Part shown: piece after piece, positions 1 through 10,206 of the stretch
Position numbering within the stretch: position 1 is the first letter of the stretch
Layout: each line of letters starts with the position of its first letter
NCBI GenBank assembly: GCA_963785235.1
Contig: CAWAUM010000002.1
Location: 96,001 to 160,000, forward strand
Source: an uncultured delta proteobacterium
GTDB taxonomy: Bacteria; Desulfobacterota; Desulfomonilia; UBA1062
DNA length: 64,000 nt
Reading direction: 5' to 3'
Made by a program: the position numbers and the translations under genes
Notes under the pieces: model-generated
What the model was told of the DNA's origin: nothing
The model's database searches: none
Seen by the model: the letters and a program-made list of their open reading frames with translations, nothing else

Positions 1-1
1 T

Positions 2-806
2 AACGACATGCTTGTGCTGCAGGCCATCACGCCCTTCATGGAAGAGATCAAGCAGGACCTGGTGGACATCCTGAAATCGGCCCTGCCCGAATGCGGCATC
101 TTCGAACGTTCCGATTCCAAGACGCGCAACAATGAAGGCTTAAGGCCATCCACCGGCCCGCTTCACAAGAATATGGAGAGCCGGGACCTTGTCGTCAAGG
201 AGCGCGGGATTGCCTTTGCCGTGGACATCTTCACGGGCGACCGCACCGGGTTTTACCTGGAGCATAAGGAAACAAGGCAGAAGCTCATGCGCTATGCCAA
301 AGACAAGGACATGCTCGACCTGTTCTCCTATACAGGATCTTTTTCGGTGTGCGCGCTCCATGCAGGAGCAAAATCCGTCATCTCCATAGACTCATCCGCA
401 CCCGCCCAGGTACAGCTCAAGAAAAACATGGATCTCCACAAGATCAGGCCCTTTGTCTGGCGGCACATGAGGGACGATGTGCCCAGGTTTTTAAACGATG
501 AACAGGGTGAGCTTCGACCTGGTAGTCTGCGATGCCCCTGGCTTCAGCAATGAATATGATGAGCATGGGAAGACCGTGGCCCTTTCCATGGCGAGGCTCA
601 GGCCTGGCGGTATCCTCTTTTATCTTGCGCCTGTCACGGCCCAGTTCGGCTATGTGGAGCTGCTCAAGGCCATCAGCCGTGCCGCCCAGGGCCTGTCGCG
701 CACGGCAAAGGTCTTGGAGCCCCTTTACCAGTCAACAGACTTCCCCTCTCTGCCCTCTCACCCCCAGGGCATGCACCAGGCCGGGTTCGTGGTGTACGTG
801 GAGTAG
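2..806 (+). CDS. RlmI/RlmK-family class I SAM-dependent rRNA methyltransferase, 5'-partial, +1 frameshift near 505-507
   Basis: Motifs TGFYLEH, LDLFSYTGSFS and SIDSS in ORF 8..553 continue as FDLVVCDAPGF in ORF 498..806. Removing one G from CAGGGTG joins them. Confidence 0.8.
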
Positions 807-829
807 GGAACGGCCGAGACCGCGACGTT

Positions 830-1168
830 TCAGCCCATCTTGCCTTCGAGCTGCCTGCCGCCAAGCACGTGGAGGTGGAGGTGCATAACCAGCTGGGTGC
901 CGTGGCGTCCGCAGTTCACTGCAATGCGGTAACCCGATTCGGCCACACCCTTCTTTTTGGCGACCTGCTGGGCGGCGGTGAGCATGGCGAACCAGATATC
1001 CTTGTCTGTGATGTCATTGAGCGTTGCGATGTGCTTCTTGGGGACAACTACCACGTGCACCGGGGCAAGGGGAGATATGTCGTCGAATGCAAGGACTAGG
1101 TCATCCTCGTATATCTTGATTGAAGGGATATCGCCTTTGACGATCTTGCAGAAGATACAGTCCATCAT
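830..1168 (-). CDS. hinT: HIT-family (histidine triad) nucleotide-binding protein
   Basis: DCIFCKI N-terminus and HLHLHVLGGR triad. Confidence 0.92.
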   Translation of the reverse strand: MMDCIFCKIVKGDIPSIKIYEDDLVLAFDDISPLAPVHVVVVPKKHIATLNDITDKDIWFAMLTAAQQVAKKKGVAESGYRIAVNCGRHGTQLVMHLHLHVLGGRQLEGKMG

Positions 1169-1267
1169 TATCCTCCTATTTTGGGATCATTCGGCAATGC
1201 TGCCGCATTAACCTCTTCAAGCCGTTCGACTCATACTGAGTCGAACGGCTTGAAGAGGTTAATTCTT

Positions 1268-1999
1268 TTAGGAAGACCTCGCGGCAAGAGACAGCTGTAC
1301 CGCCTGCCTCACATCCACTCTCCCTTCATAGATCGCCTTGCCCACAATGGCCCCGTAAAGACCTTCCGCCTGCAGGAGAGCGCTGATATCATTCATGCTG
1401 CCGACCCCTCCGGATGCGACAACAGGGGTTCTGACCCCGGCGGCAAGGGCTACGGTTGCCGCGATATTCGGGCCTGTGAGCATGCCGTCGCGGGAGATGT
1501 CGGTATATACGATGAAGGCCGGGTTGAACTGTTCATAGTACCTTGCCAGATCCACAGCGGTCTGAGAGGTAAGTTCTTTCCAGCCCTGCACAGCTACCTT
1601 GCCATTAAGGGCATCGATCCCGATGCCGACCTTGCCTGGGAAAGCGCTGATGATAGCCTCTGCGGTCTTGGGGTCCTTGGCCACTACGGTGCCCAGGATC
1701 ACATAGCTGATTCCGAGGTCGAAGGTGCGCCTGGCATCATCTAAAGTCCGGATGCCTCCGCCGAGTTCCACCTCGACACCCACGGCTGAGCAGATGGAGG
1801 AGATGGCCTGCACATTCATGCCCTTGCCTGCCACCGACCCGTCGAGGTCCACCACATGTATGCGTTCGGCCCCTGCCTCGGCAAAGGACTTCGCCACATC
1901 GGCGGGAAAGCGGCTGTAGACCGTCACCTCGTCGAACTTTCCCTTCTTCAGCCTCACCACCTGTCCCTGGTGCAGATCTATGGCCGGTATAATAATCAT
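1268..1999 (-). CDS. hisA: ProFAR isomerase HisA
   Basis: IIPAIDL, HVVDLDG, GGGIRT, YTDISRDGMLTGPN, ASGGV motifs. Confidence 0.97.
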   Translation of the reverse strand: MIIIPAIDLHQGQVVRLKKGKFDEVTVYSRFPADVAKSFAEAGAERIHVVDLDGSVAGKGMNVQAISSICSAVGVEVELGGGIRTLDDARRTFDLGISYVILGTVVAKDPKTAEAIISAFPGKVGIGIDALNGKVAVQGWKELTSQTAVDLARYYEQFNPAFIVYTDISRDGMLTGPNIAATVALAAGVRTPVVASGGVGSMNDISALLQAEGLYGAIVGKAIYEGRVDVRQAVQLSLAARSS

Positions 2000-2253
2000 G
2001 CTATGAGTCCCTCAAACTCCTTTACCCACCAGCTCTTGAACATGGTGGAGTATTTCAGGATATACACGTGGCCGTCAGAGGCCTTTATCTTATAAAATTC
2101 ATCAGGAAAAAAGCTCGGGTCCTGATATGCCTCGCTCCAGTGATCCAGGATATCATCGATCTCAAGTTCCACGCCTGTGATGTCAAATGAGACCGGACGG
2201 CCGGGGTGTTTATGGCTGTCAAAGGTCTTCACGGTTGCATGCTGAAATTTCAC
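1996..2253 (-). CDS. Small hypothetical protein (85 aa, DUF6504-like pattern)
   Basis: Overlaps hisB and hisA by 4 nt each (ATGA coupling). Pattern P.SF...ILDHW...FYKI...G.VYILKY...W. Confidence 0.7.
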   Translation of the reverse strand: MKFQHATVKTFDSHKHPGRPVSFDITGVELEIDDILDHWSEAYQDPSFFPDEFYKIKASDGHVYILKYSTMFKSWWVKEFEGLIA

Positions 2254-2828
2254 AGATGGGCTTTTGTAGAGGGTATGTCGGTGCCCGTGACGGCTACCGC
2301 CTCCTTGAAGGCCCGAGCGAACGCCTTGAAGCAGGCCTCTACCAGATGGTGGCCATTGCCCGAGGCAAAGATGGTCATGTGCAGGGTGATGCCTGCCTGG
2401 AAGGCCAGGGACCGGAAAAATTCAGGCACGAGTTCCAGGTCAAGATCTCCCGCCTTGCCATGGAAGACATCCCCGCCATGGATGACAAAGAAAGGTCTGC
2501 CCGAGATATCCAGGCATGCCTCCACCAATGATTCGTCCATGGGGACCTTTGCCAGGCCATATCGGGTAATCCCGCGCTTCTCGCCCAGGGCGCTGTTGAT
2601 GGCCTTGCCCAGCACGATGCCGATATCCTCCACCGTGTGGTGCAGGTCAACATGCACGTCGCCTTTGGCCTCCACCTTGAGCCCGATGCCTGCATGCTTG
2701 GCAAAGGCATCGAGCATGTGTGTAAGGAAGCCCGAGGGTATGTTCAGGCTGAATCCGCCCCCATCCAGGCTGATGATTACCGAGATCTCCGTCTCCTTGG
2801 TCTTTCTTGTGACAGTGGCCTCTCTCAT
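2250..2828 (-). CDS. hisB: Imidazoleglycerol-phosphate dehydratase
   Basis: RKTKETEI, DLHHTVEDIGI, PMDESL, NGHHLVEACFKA motifs. Confidence 0.97.
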   Translation of the reverse strand: MREATVTRKTKETEISVIISLDGGGFSLNIPSGFLTHMLDAFAKHAGIGLKVEAKGDVHVDLHHTVEDIGIVLGKAINSALGEKRGITRYGLAKVPMDESLVEACLDISGRPFFVIHGGDVFHGKAGDLDLELVPEFFRSLAFQAGITLHMTIFASGNGHHLVEACFKAFARAFKEAVAVTGTDIPSTKAHL

Positions 2829-5491
2829 TACGATTCCTCCACTCCTGCAGATTCCATTAAGATCTTTATTACATCATCTTTTTTATTAACATCTGCACCA
2901 CCTTGGGCGAAGAAAGGCTTACCTCCTCCTCTACCTCCAACTGCATCCATTGCCTTTTTCATAGCTTTTCCTGCATCAAATTTACTTCCAATATCTGCAG
3001 TTGCCATAGTCGCAAAAGTGACTTTATTTTCACTAGTAGAGGATAGAATAACCAAACCAGATTTTATACTATCTTTAAACCGATCACCAATCTCACGCAT
3101 TTGTGCAATATCATTACTATCAACATCTTTTATAATTACAGAAAAACCATATTTCGAATTCAATGTTGTCCCAATATTATCACCTGTTCCCCCTGTAGCG
3201 ACGCGGATGTTGAGGTCTTTGATGGCGTTTTCCTGCTCCTTGATCCTGGCCTGCATGGAACTGATGCGTTCATTGATCTCTGAAGGCGCGCACTTGAACT
3301 TCTCCGCAACCGAAGAGACAAGCCCGGCGAGAGAACGATATTGTTCCAGAGAGCGTGTACCTGCAATGGCCTCGATCCTTCGCAGACCCGCGGATACGCT
3401 GGATTCCGAGACGATCTTCACCAGGCCTATCTGGCCGGTGGATGTACAGTGCGTACCACCGCAGAGCTCCACGGATACGCCATTGCCCATGGTCACTACC
3501 CGCACCTCATCGCCGTATTTCTCTGTGAAGAGCGCCATGGCACCCTTGCCCATGGCCTCGTCCTTGGAGAGGACCTCTGTCTTGATGGGCAGGTTCTCCA
3601 ATACGAGCTGGTTTACAATAGCCTCAACCTGTTCCATCTCCTGTTCGCTCAAGGCAGCGAAGTGGGTAAAGTCGAACCTGAGCCTGGCATCGGTCACCAG
3701 CGAACCTGACTGGTGTGCATGCTCGCCCAGCACATCCCTCAAGGCCCGCTGGAGCAGGTGGGTGGCGCTGTGGTGACGCATGATACTCTTACGCCTTGAT
3801 GCATCTACTGAAAGCTTAACGGTCTGTCCCTTGGAGAGCGTGCCGGATGTAATCCGCACACGATGGACAATACAATCGTTTTCCATTTTAATGGCATCTT
3901 GAACCTCTGCTGCTCCTCGTGAAGAACTTATGGTGCCGGTATCGCCTACCTGCCCGCCGGATTCGCCGTAGAACGGGGTGATATCGGTGATGATATAGAC
4001 CTCCTGTCCCTGACGTGCATCATCTGCCAAGGACGTCCGGCCTTCATCATTGATAAGGTGCATCTCAAGGATGCACGCGTCGGTCTCCATGGTGTCATAC
4101 CCCACGAACTTCACAACATGCCCTGATGCGGATGAGCGGGGTGTCCCTGATGTCTCGGCCAATGCGCCGAACGATGACGCACCGCGGGCCTTTTCCCGCT
4201 GAAGCTCCATCTGGGCCTCAAAGCCTGCATTGTCGATGCCGAAACCGGCCTTGCGGGCGATGTCCTCGGTGAGATCTACCGGGAAGCCGAAGGTGTCATA
4301 GAGGGAAAATACATCAATGCCGGGGATCTGTTTCTCGCCCTTTGCCGACAGGGCCACCAGGATCTCATCCAGCAGGCTTAGGCCCCTGTCCAGGGTCTTC
4401 AGAAAACGATCTTCCTCGTTGGCAATGACCTTATCGATGAAATCCTTCCTGCCCGCCAGGTCCGGGTAGACGTCTGCCATCTCACTGATTACCTTCATGG
4501 CGACCTTATGCAGAAACGCGGTGTTCATTCCCAGGAGCTTGCCGTGACGGGCAGCCCTTCGGATGATACGCCGGAGCACGTAACCCCTTCCCTCATTGGA
4601 CGGCAGTATCCCATCGCACACCAGGAAGGTACTTGCCCGGGCATGGTCTGCAATGACCCGGATGGAAACGTCAAGGTCTTCGTCCTGAGCGTATTTCTTC
4701 CCGGCAAGATCACTGATAAAACTGATGAGCGGGGCGAACAGGTCGGTATCATAGTTGCTCTTTACGCCCTGGAGAACCGCAGTGATACGTTCAAGCCCCA
4801 TGCCCGTATCGATGTTGGGTGCAGGCAAAGGGCTCAGTGTTCCGGTCTCGTCGCGGTTGAATTGCATGAACACGAGGTTCCATATCTCCAGGTACCGGTC
4901 GCAGTCACACTCGCCGGCCTTGCACTCAGGCCTGCCGCAACCAACCCCGGGTCCCTGGTCAAACAGGATCTCCGAGCATGGCCCGCAGGGCCCGGTATCT
5001 CCCATGGACCAGAAGTTGTCCTTGTCGCCGAGCCGGAGTATCCTTTCAGGAGATAACCCGATGTGCTTGTGCCAGATATCATAGGCCTCATCGTCGCTAT
5101 GGTGGACACTTGCATAGAGCCTTGCCGGGTCAATCCCCATGCGCTTAACCAGCAGGTCCCATGCATAATCGATGGCGCCTTTCTTGAAGTAGTCGCCGAA
5201 CGAGAAGTTACCCAGCATCTCGAAAAAGGTGTGGTGGCGCGCCGTCCGGCCAACGTTTTCCAGGTCGTTGTGTTTGCCGCCTGCCCGGACGCATTTCTGA
5301 GAGGTAGTGGCCCTTGAATAAGCCCTCTTCTCCGTGCCTAAAAACGTGGACTTGAACTGCACCATGCCTGCATTGGTAAAGAGAAGGGTCGGGTCGTCGC
5401 CCGGCACCAGCGATGAACTGGCAATCTTTGTGTGCCCCTTTTCCTGAAAATACTCCAAAAACATGCTGCGAATCTCAGAACCCTTCTTCAT
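2828..5491 (-). CDS. alaS: Alanine--tRNA ligase
   Basis: DPTLLFTNAGM, HHTFFEMLGNFSFGDYFK, editing HSATH and ELCGGTH, C-terminal GGRGGG. Confidence 0.99.
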   Translation of the reverse strand: MKKGSEIRSMFLEYFQEKGHTKIASSSLVPGDDPTLLFTNAGMVQFKSTFLGTEKRAYSRATTSQKCVRAGGKHNDLENVGRTARHHTFFEMLGNFSFGDYFKKGAIDYAWDLLVKRMGIDPARLYASVHHSDDEAYDIWHKHIGLSPERILRLGDKDNFWSMGDTGPCGPCSEILFDQGPGVGCGRPECKAGECDCDRYLEIWNLVFMQFNRDETGTLSPLPAPNIDTGMGLERITAVLQGVKSNYDTDLFAPLISFISDLAGKKYAQDEDLDVSIRVIADHARASTFLVCDGILPSNEGRGYVLRRIIRRAARHGKLLGMNTAFLHKVAMKVISEMADVYPDLAGRKDFIDKVIANEEDRFLKTLDRGLSLLDEILVALSAKGEKQIPGIDVFSLYDTFGFPVDLTEDIARKAGFGIDNAGFEAQMELQREKARGASSFGALAETSGTPRSSASGHVVKFVGYDTMETDACILEMHLINDEGRTSLADDARQGQEVYIITDITPFYGESGGQVGDTGTISSSRGAAEVQDAIKMENDCIVHRVRITSGTLSKGQTVKLSVDASRRKSIMRHHSATHLLQRALRDVLGEHAHQSGSLVTDARLRFDFTHFAALSEQEMEQVEAIVNQLVLENLPIKTEVLSKDEAMGKGAMALFTEKYGDEVRVVTMGNGVSVELCGGTHCTSTGQIGLVKIVSESSVSAGLRRIEAIAGTRSLEQYRSLAGLVSSVAEKFKCAPSEINERISSMQARIKEQENAIKDLNIRVATGGTGDNIGTTLNSKYGFSVIIKDVDSNDIAQMREIGDRFKDSIKSGLVILSSTSENKVTFATMATADIGSKFDAGKAMKKAMDAVGGRGGGKPFFAQGGADVNKKDDVIKILMESAGVEES

Positions 5492-5918
5492 GCATCAACC
5501 CCGCCTGTTTCATCAAGTATAAGATCAATGGGGAATCCCCTGCCTGCAAGGAAACGGATAAGCTTTTCCCTTGGCAGGCCTGTTCTCTTCCTGATTATTT
5601 TTTTTATCCTTTTCCGTTCACCCAGATCCTTAGGCAAAGCCGACATGGCGCTCGTCACAAAAGAATCCGGCAAACCGATACCTTCCAGAAAAATCCTGAT
5701 GGCAAAGTCCCCATAGCCCTTTTCAGCCAGAATCAATGCCCTGCGAACGGCATAGCTGGTATCATCAAGGTAGCCGAGTTCGATGATACGGGCTATGGTA
5801 GCATCGATCACCTCGTCAGGGGCGCCTTTGTCATGGAGTTTTTTTTTAACTCAAAGGAAGAAACCGCACGTCTTGAGATGACGGATAGTGCATAGCGCAC
5901 CCCATCACTCGACGTCAC
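5488..5918 (-). CDS. recX: Regulatory protein RecX, interrupted by a frameshift in an A9 run (T9 at 5839-5847)
   Basis: C-part GYLDDTSYA...KLIRFLAGRGF. A GTG at 5918 gives YALSVISRRAVSSFELKK, which joins in frame if the run is A10. Confidence 0.85.
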
Positions 5919-7092
5919 GATACTTGCCTTGCTGGTAGACGGTCGTCTTGGCAAAGGCATCGTCTTCCCCTCCTGCTTCTGTTTCCTCTTTTTCGAACTG
6001 GTCCCATTTGCCGTCGGACGTGCCGCGAATGCCCTTCATGCGCAGCGCGAAGTCGTTAGGATTGGTGGCGTTGCGCATGGCCTCGTGATAGCTGACCTTG
6101 CCATCCTTTACCAGAGACATGAGGGCCTGGTCAAAGGTCTGCATCCCATAAGATATCGTGCCGTCGGCTATTGCATCGGATATCTCTGAAGTCCTGTGTT
6201 CATCTACGATACACTCCCGCACCATGGCTGTTGATACCAGGATCTCGGCGGCCGGCACAACTCCCTGTCCGTCGAGCTTGGGCAGCAGCCTCTGGGATAT
6301 GGCTGCCTTCAGCACACCCGCGAGCTGAAGGCGTATCTGCAGGTGCTGGTGGGGCGGGTACTGGGAGACGATTCGCATGATGGTCTCCTGGGCATCCAGG
6401 GTGTGCAGGGTGGAGAACACAAGATGACCTGTCTCCGCCGCGGTGAGTGCGATATCAATGGTCTCACGGTCACGCATCTCACCCACCAGGATAACGTCCG
6501 GGTCCTGTCTTAAGGCGGCCCGTAGTGCCATGGCAAATGAGTTCGTGTCCGAACCGACTTCCCGCTGATTGATGATGGACTTCCGGTCCCGGTGGAGGAA
6601 TTCGATGGGGTCCTCTATGGTGATGACATGGCAATTCCGGTTCGTGTTGATGTGGTCGATCATGGCGGCCAGTGTGGTGGATTTGCCCGAACCGGTGGTC
6701 CCGGTAACCAGTATGAGCCCCTTGCGCTCCAGACTGATCTTCTTGAGCACCTCGGGCAGCCCCAGGTCTTCCAGTTCCGGGGGGTCGGTGGGCACGATCC
6801 TGAATACCATGCCATAACTGCCGCGCTGCTTGAAGCAGTTGACCCTGAACCTGGCCACCTGGGAGAGGCTGTAGGCAAAGTCGATCTCGTTGGTGGTCTC
6901 GAACTTGGCCTGCTGATACTGGTTCATGATGCCGTACGCCATGGCATAGATGTCTTCGTTGGTCAGCTTGTTCTGATCGCGCATGGGGATGAGCGCGCCG
7001 AACCGCCTGATAACCGGGGGCAGACCGACCTTGATATGTACGTCGGATGCCGTGATATCCACTGCCGTCTTCAGTATAGGGTTGATATCCAT
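5905..7092 (-). CDS. pilT: Type IV pilus retraction ATPase PilT family
   Basis: GTTGSGKSTT Walker A, TIEDPIE, ALRQDPDVILVGEMRD, GHLVFSTLHT, GMQTFDQ. Confidence 0.93.
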   Translation of the reverse strand: MDINPILKTAVDITASDVHIKVGLPPVIRRFGALIPMRDQNKLTNEDIYAMAYGIMNQYQQAKFETTNEIDFAYSLSQVARFRVNCFKQRGSYGMVFRIVPTDPPELEDLGLPEVLKKISLERKGLILVTGTTGSGKSTTLAAMIDHINTNRNCHVITIEDPIEFLHRDRKSIINQREVGSDTNSFAMALRAALRQDPDVILVGEMRDRETIDIALTAAETGHLVFSTLHTLDAQETIMRIVSQYPPHQHLQIRLQLAGVLKAAISQRLLPKLDGQGVVPAAEILVSTAMVRECIVDEHRTSEISDAIADGTISYGMQTFDQALMSLVKDGKVSYHEAMRNATNPNDFALRMKGIRGTSDGKWDQFEKEETEAGGEDDAFAKTTVYQQGKYRDVE

Positions 7093-7112
7093 CTCTCTCT
7101 CCTAAAGGCAGG

Positions 7113-8129
7113 CTAACTTAAGGCATCATTCGCCACGATGTAGTTCTTTTTCACAGCGTCAGAGACTTCCTGGAAGACCTCGGGATGCTCTTTCAGGTAT
7201 GTCTTGGCAGCCTCTCTGCCCTGGCCCAGACGCTGTTTGTTGTATGTGTACCATGAGCCCGCCTTTTCAATGATGTTCTTATCGGAATTGCTCGCCACAT
7301 CCAATAGTTCGCCGTAACGAGATATCCCCTCACCGAACATGATGTCGAACTCAACCTCTTTGAATGGCGGCGCCATCTTGTTCTTTACCACCTTCACCCG
7401 GGTCCTGTTCCCGATGATCTTGTCTCCGTCCTTGATGGGGCCGACGTTCTTGATCTGGAGCCTCACGCTGGCGTAGAACTTCAGGGCATTGCCGCCTGTG
7501 GTGGTCTCGGGATTGCCATAGATCACACCGATCTTCTGGCGTGTCTGGTTGATGAAAACTGCGGTGGTCTTGGTCTTGGAGATTGCCCCCGAGAGCTTGC
7601 GCAAGGCCTGCGACATGAGCCTGGCCTGCAGCCCCATATGTGAATCGCCCATGTCGCCCTCGATCTCTGCCCGGGGGACCAGGGCCGCCACCGAGTCAAT
7701 CACAACGATATCAACCGCATTGGATCTCACCAGGGTCTCGGCAATGTCCAGGGCCTGCTCTCCCGAGTCGGGCTGGGAGACCAGGAGGTCGTCGATGTTC
7801 ACGCCGAGCTTCTGGGCATAGGTTACGTCGAGGGCATGCTCCGCGTCAATGAACGCTGCCACCCCGCCGGCTGCCTGGGTGGATGCGATGCAATGAAGCG
7901 ACAGGGTTGTCTTTCCCGAGGATTCCGCACCATAAATCTCGGTCACCCTGCCCCTGGGAATGCCGCCGATGGCAAGCGCCTCAAAGTCGAGCAGGAGCGA
8001 CCCTGTGGAGATGACAGGCACCCCCTTGCCTATGGCATCCGAGCCCATGCGCATGATGGACCCCTTGCCGAAGGACCGCTCGATCTTGGATATGGCATCT
8101 TCCAATGCTCTCTTTCTGCCTTCTTCCAT
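7113..8129 (-). CDS. recA: Recombinase RecA
   Basis: [41 protein letters not shown]. Confidence 0.99.
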   Translation of the reverse strand: MEEGRKRALEDAISKIERSFGKGSIMRMGSDAIGKGVPVISTGSLLLDFEALAIGGIPRGRVTEIYGAESSGKTTLSLHCIASTQAAGGVAAFIDAEHALDVTYAQKLGVNIDDLLVSQPDSGEQALDIAETLVRSNAVDIVVIDSVAALVPRAEIEGDMGDSHMGLQARLMSQALRKLSGAISKTKTTAVFINQTRQKIGVIYGNPETTTGGNALKFYASVRLQIKNVGPIKDGDKIIGNRTRVKVVKNKMAPPFKEVEFDIMFGEGISRYGELLDVASNSDKNIIEKAGSWYTYNKQRLGQGREAAKTYLKEHPEVFQEVSDAVKKNYIVANDALS

Positions 8130-8131
8130 TT

Positions 8132-8683
8132 CTATCCTCCTTTAATTCCCAGGGGGCTTCTATGGAGAACGTTATACTGAGCGCCGCTGGGCAACAATAC
8201 ACTTTGATACAACAAGACCTGTGATACCTTGAACAATCCACCCACTGGATTGATAGCAAGATCTACCATAGTCGGCGCCTTTAGTCTACCAAGGGTGATA
8301 TGTCCGGAAAAGGGCCTTCTTTCCCCTGCAACGCCATAGGTGATACATGTCTTATCTATATGAACGGCTAGTGCAGAAAGTTCATGCATGTCCCCTTCAA
8401 GCCCCACCCATACAACCCTGGGTCGCCTTACATTGGGGAAAGCCCCGAAGCCCGCAAGCCTGAGTGTAAGGGACGGACACAGCACCGCTGTCTTGTCGAG
8501 GTCGGCACAAAGAGGGACAACTGCCTCTTCAGGAATATCGCCCAGGAACTTGAGCGTTATGTGGAGTCCCTCGGGTTTCACCCATCTCACCGCACGGTTC
8601 TTCGCTTTTAGCTCACTCATTGCAGAGACGATAACAGCCTTGACTTCTTCAGGAATGGTCAGTGCGATGAATGTCCTGATCAT
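8132..8683 (-). CDS. thpR: RNA 2',3'-cyclic phosphodiesterase (2'-5' RNA ligase family)
   Basis: Two HxT motifs ([14 protein letters not shown]). Typical position between cinA and recA. Confidence 0.92.
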   Translation of the reverse strand: MIRTFIALTIPEEVKAVIVSAMSELKAKNRAVRWVKPEGLHITLKFLGDIPEEAVVPLCADLDKTAVLCPSLTLRLAGFGAFPNVRRPRVVWVGLEGDMHELSALAVHIDKTCITYGVAGERRPFSGHITLGRLKAPTMVDLAINPVGGLFKVSQVLLYQSVLLPSGAQYNVLHRSPLGIKGG

Positions 8684-9752
8684 GGATATGATTTCTTAGC
8701 ATAAATAACGCGGCCTTGGCACTGATCATCTTATTCCCTTCACGGTCAAAGGAAAAGCGCATCATCCTCGCCTCATGAAGATTCTCTGTGCCCACACAGA
8801 TCCACACCGTGCCCACGGGCTTTTCGTCGCTGCCGCCGTCCGGGCCCGCAATGCCCGTGGCAGCCACGCCCACATCCGCACCGGTAAGCCTGAGCACTCC
8901 GGTGAGCATGGCGTGAGCCACCTGTTCGCTCACCGCGCCAAATTGATCGATATCTTTTCGACTGACCCCGAGGATGTTTGCCTTGATTTCGTTGCTGTAA
9001 GACACGATAGAACCGAGGAAATACTCCGAGCTGCCCGGCACCTGGGTAATGAGATGAGAGATGAGCCCGCCGGTGCACGATTCGGCCGCAGCGCAGGTCA
9101 GCCCTTTTGCTTTCAATAATTCACCAAAGGTACGCGCAAGGCCTTTCCCCTCCAGGGCATGCCTGCCCAGGATAGAGCGTATCCGTGCCTGTTGGTCGGC
9201 GGGCGCCACCAGGGCGATCTCCATTTCTCTCGGCAGATAGCCGCACTTTTCGGCCAATGGCCCGATGCGTTCGGCGATCTGTACCTCACGCAAACCGAAG
9301 ACCGGGATTTCGACAATAGCCGGGATCTCTCCCCCAATACCTTCAAGAACAAGGGGGAGCATGGCATGGGATTCTCTTGGCACACCAGGTAGAAAAACTA
9401 CCCGGCAGTTCTCGAACCAGAGGTCTATACCCGCAGCAGAGCCTACGGGGTTTTCTATTAGTGCTTCAGTAGAAGGAGGTCTGCGATCTTTCAACGTGGC
9501 TACAGCGAGGCTGGTCGTATCGTCAGGGGTCAACCCCAGCCCCCCGGTGACAATGATCAAATCAGACTTGTCGATGAGCTCAAGAATGGTTGAACAGAGC
9601 GTCTCCGGGGCATCCGAGATCATTCTCACCTCGGCAACCGTGATCCCCTTTGCTGTGAGTTGTGCTGCAAATGGCTGCACCAGGGCATCAACTCGCCTTC
9701 CCGTGATGATCTCGCTGCCCGTGATGACCAGCGCTGCCTTCACGAAAGCCAC
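8649..9752 (-). CDS. cinA: CinA-family competence/damage-inducible protein (NMN deamidase domain)
   Basis: GSEI..G, TGGLGLTPDD, AESCTGG, GAVSEQVA, TGIAGPDGG, KPVGTV. Confidence 0.93.
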   Translation of the reverse strand: MAFVKAALVITGSEIITGRRVDALVQPFAAQLTAKGITVAEVRMISDAPETLCSTILELIDKSDLIIVTGGLGLTPDDTTSLAVATLKDRRPPSTEALIENPVGSAAGIDLWFENCRVVFLPGVPRESHAMLPLVLEGIGGEIPAIVEIPVFGLREVQIAERIGPLAEKCGYLPREMEIALVAPADQQARIRSILGRHALEGKGLARTFGELLKAKGLTCAAAESCTGGLISHLITQVPGSSEYFLGSIVSYSNEIKANILGVSRKDIDQFGAVSEQVAHAMLTGVLRLTGADVGVAATGIAGPDGGSDEKPVGTVWICVGTENLHEARMMRFSFDREGNKMISAKAALFMLRNHIHDQDIHRTDHS

Positions 9753-10198
9753 CCCTTCCTGCGGACAAGGTGCAGGATAAGGGCGCTTATGACGCCTGCA
9801 GCGATGTCATCAGCCATGATGCCGATTCCGCCTTTTACCTTTCGATCGATGATGCCGACCGGGAACGGCTTGATGATGTCGAAAAACCTGAAGAGCACTG
9901 TACCCAGTGCGATTTCTTTGAAACCTTTGGGCCTTGATATGAGGGTGACAAGCAGCCCGCAGACTTCATCAATGACCACCCGGGAGGGGTCTTTGCCCCA
10001 TTGTCTCTCCATGGCGTCCGACGCTATGACACCAAGTATAATGAGTTTGACGAGTGAAAGGATGTACAGGGGCGCAGGCAGGCACCGAAGGACCAGGTAT
10101 AAAGGCACCGAGGCAAGTGTCGCCGCCGTGCCGGGCGCCTTGGGGAAATAGCCTGTGCCGAAAAAGGTGGCGATGCTCCTGCTGATAATCCCGGGCAT
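9740..10198 (-). CDS. pgpA: Phosphatidylglycerophosphatase A
   Basis: APGTAATL, DPSRVVIDEVCG, FRFFDIIKPFP, GIMADD. Confidence 0.95.
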   Translation of the reverse strand: MPGIISRSIATFFGTGYFPKAPGTAATLASVPLYLVLRCLPAPLYILSLVKLIILGVIASDAMERQWGKDPSRVVIDEVCGLLVTLISRPKGFKEIALGTVLFRFFDIIKPFPVGIIDRKVKGGIGIMADDIAAGVISALILHLVRRKGWLS

Positions 10199-10206
10199 AG
10201 CCTGAC

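Noticed and set aside
2637-3776. Long antisense ORFs (e.g. 2637..3776, 28696..29553, 51726..52526, 62006..62803)
   Set aside because: These are shadows of well-supported genes on the opposite strand and have no recognisable motifs.
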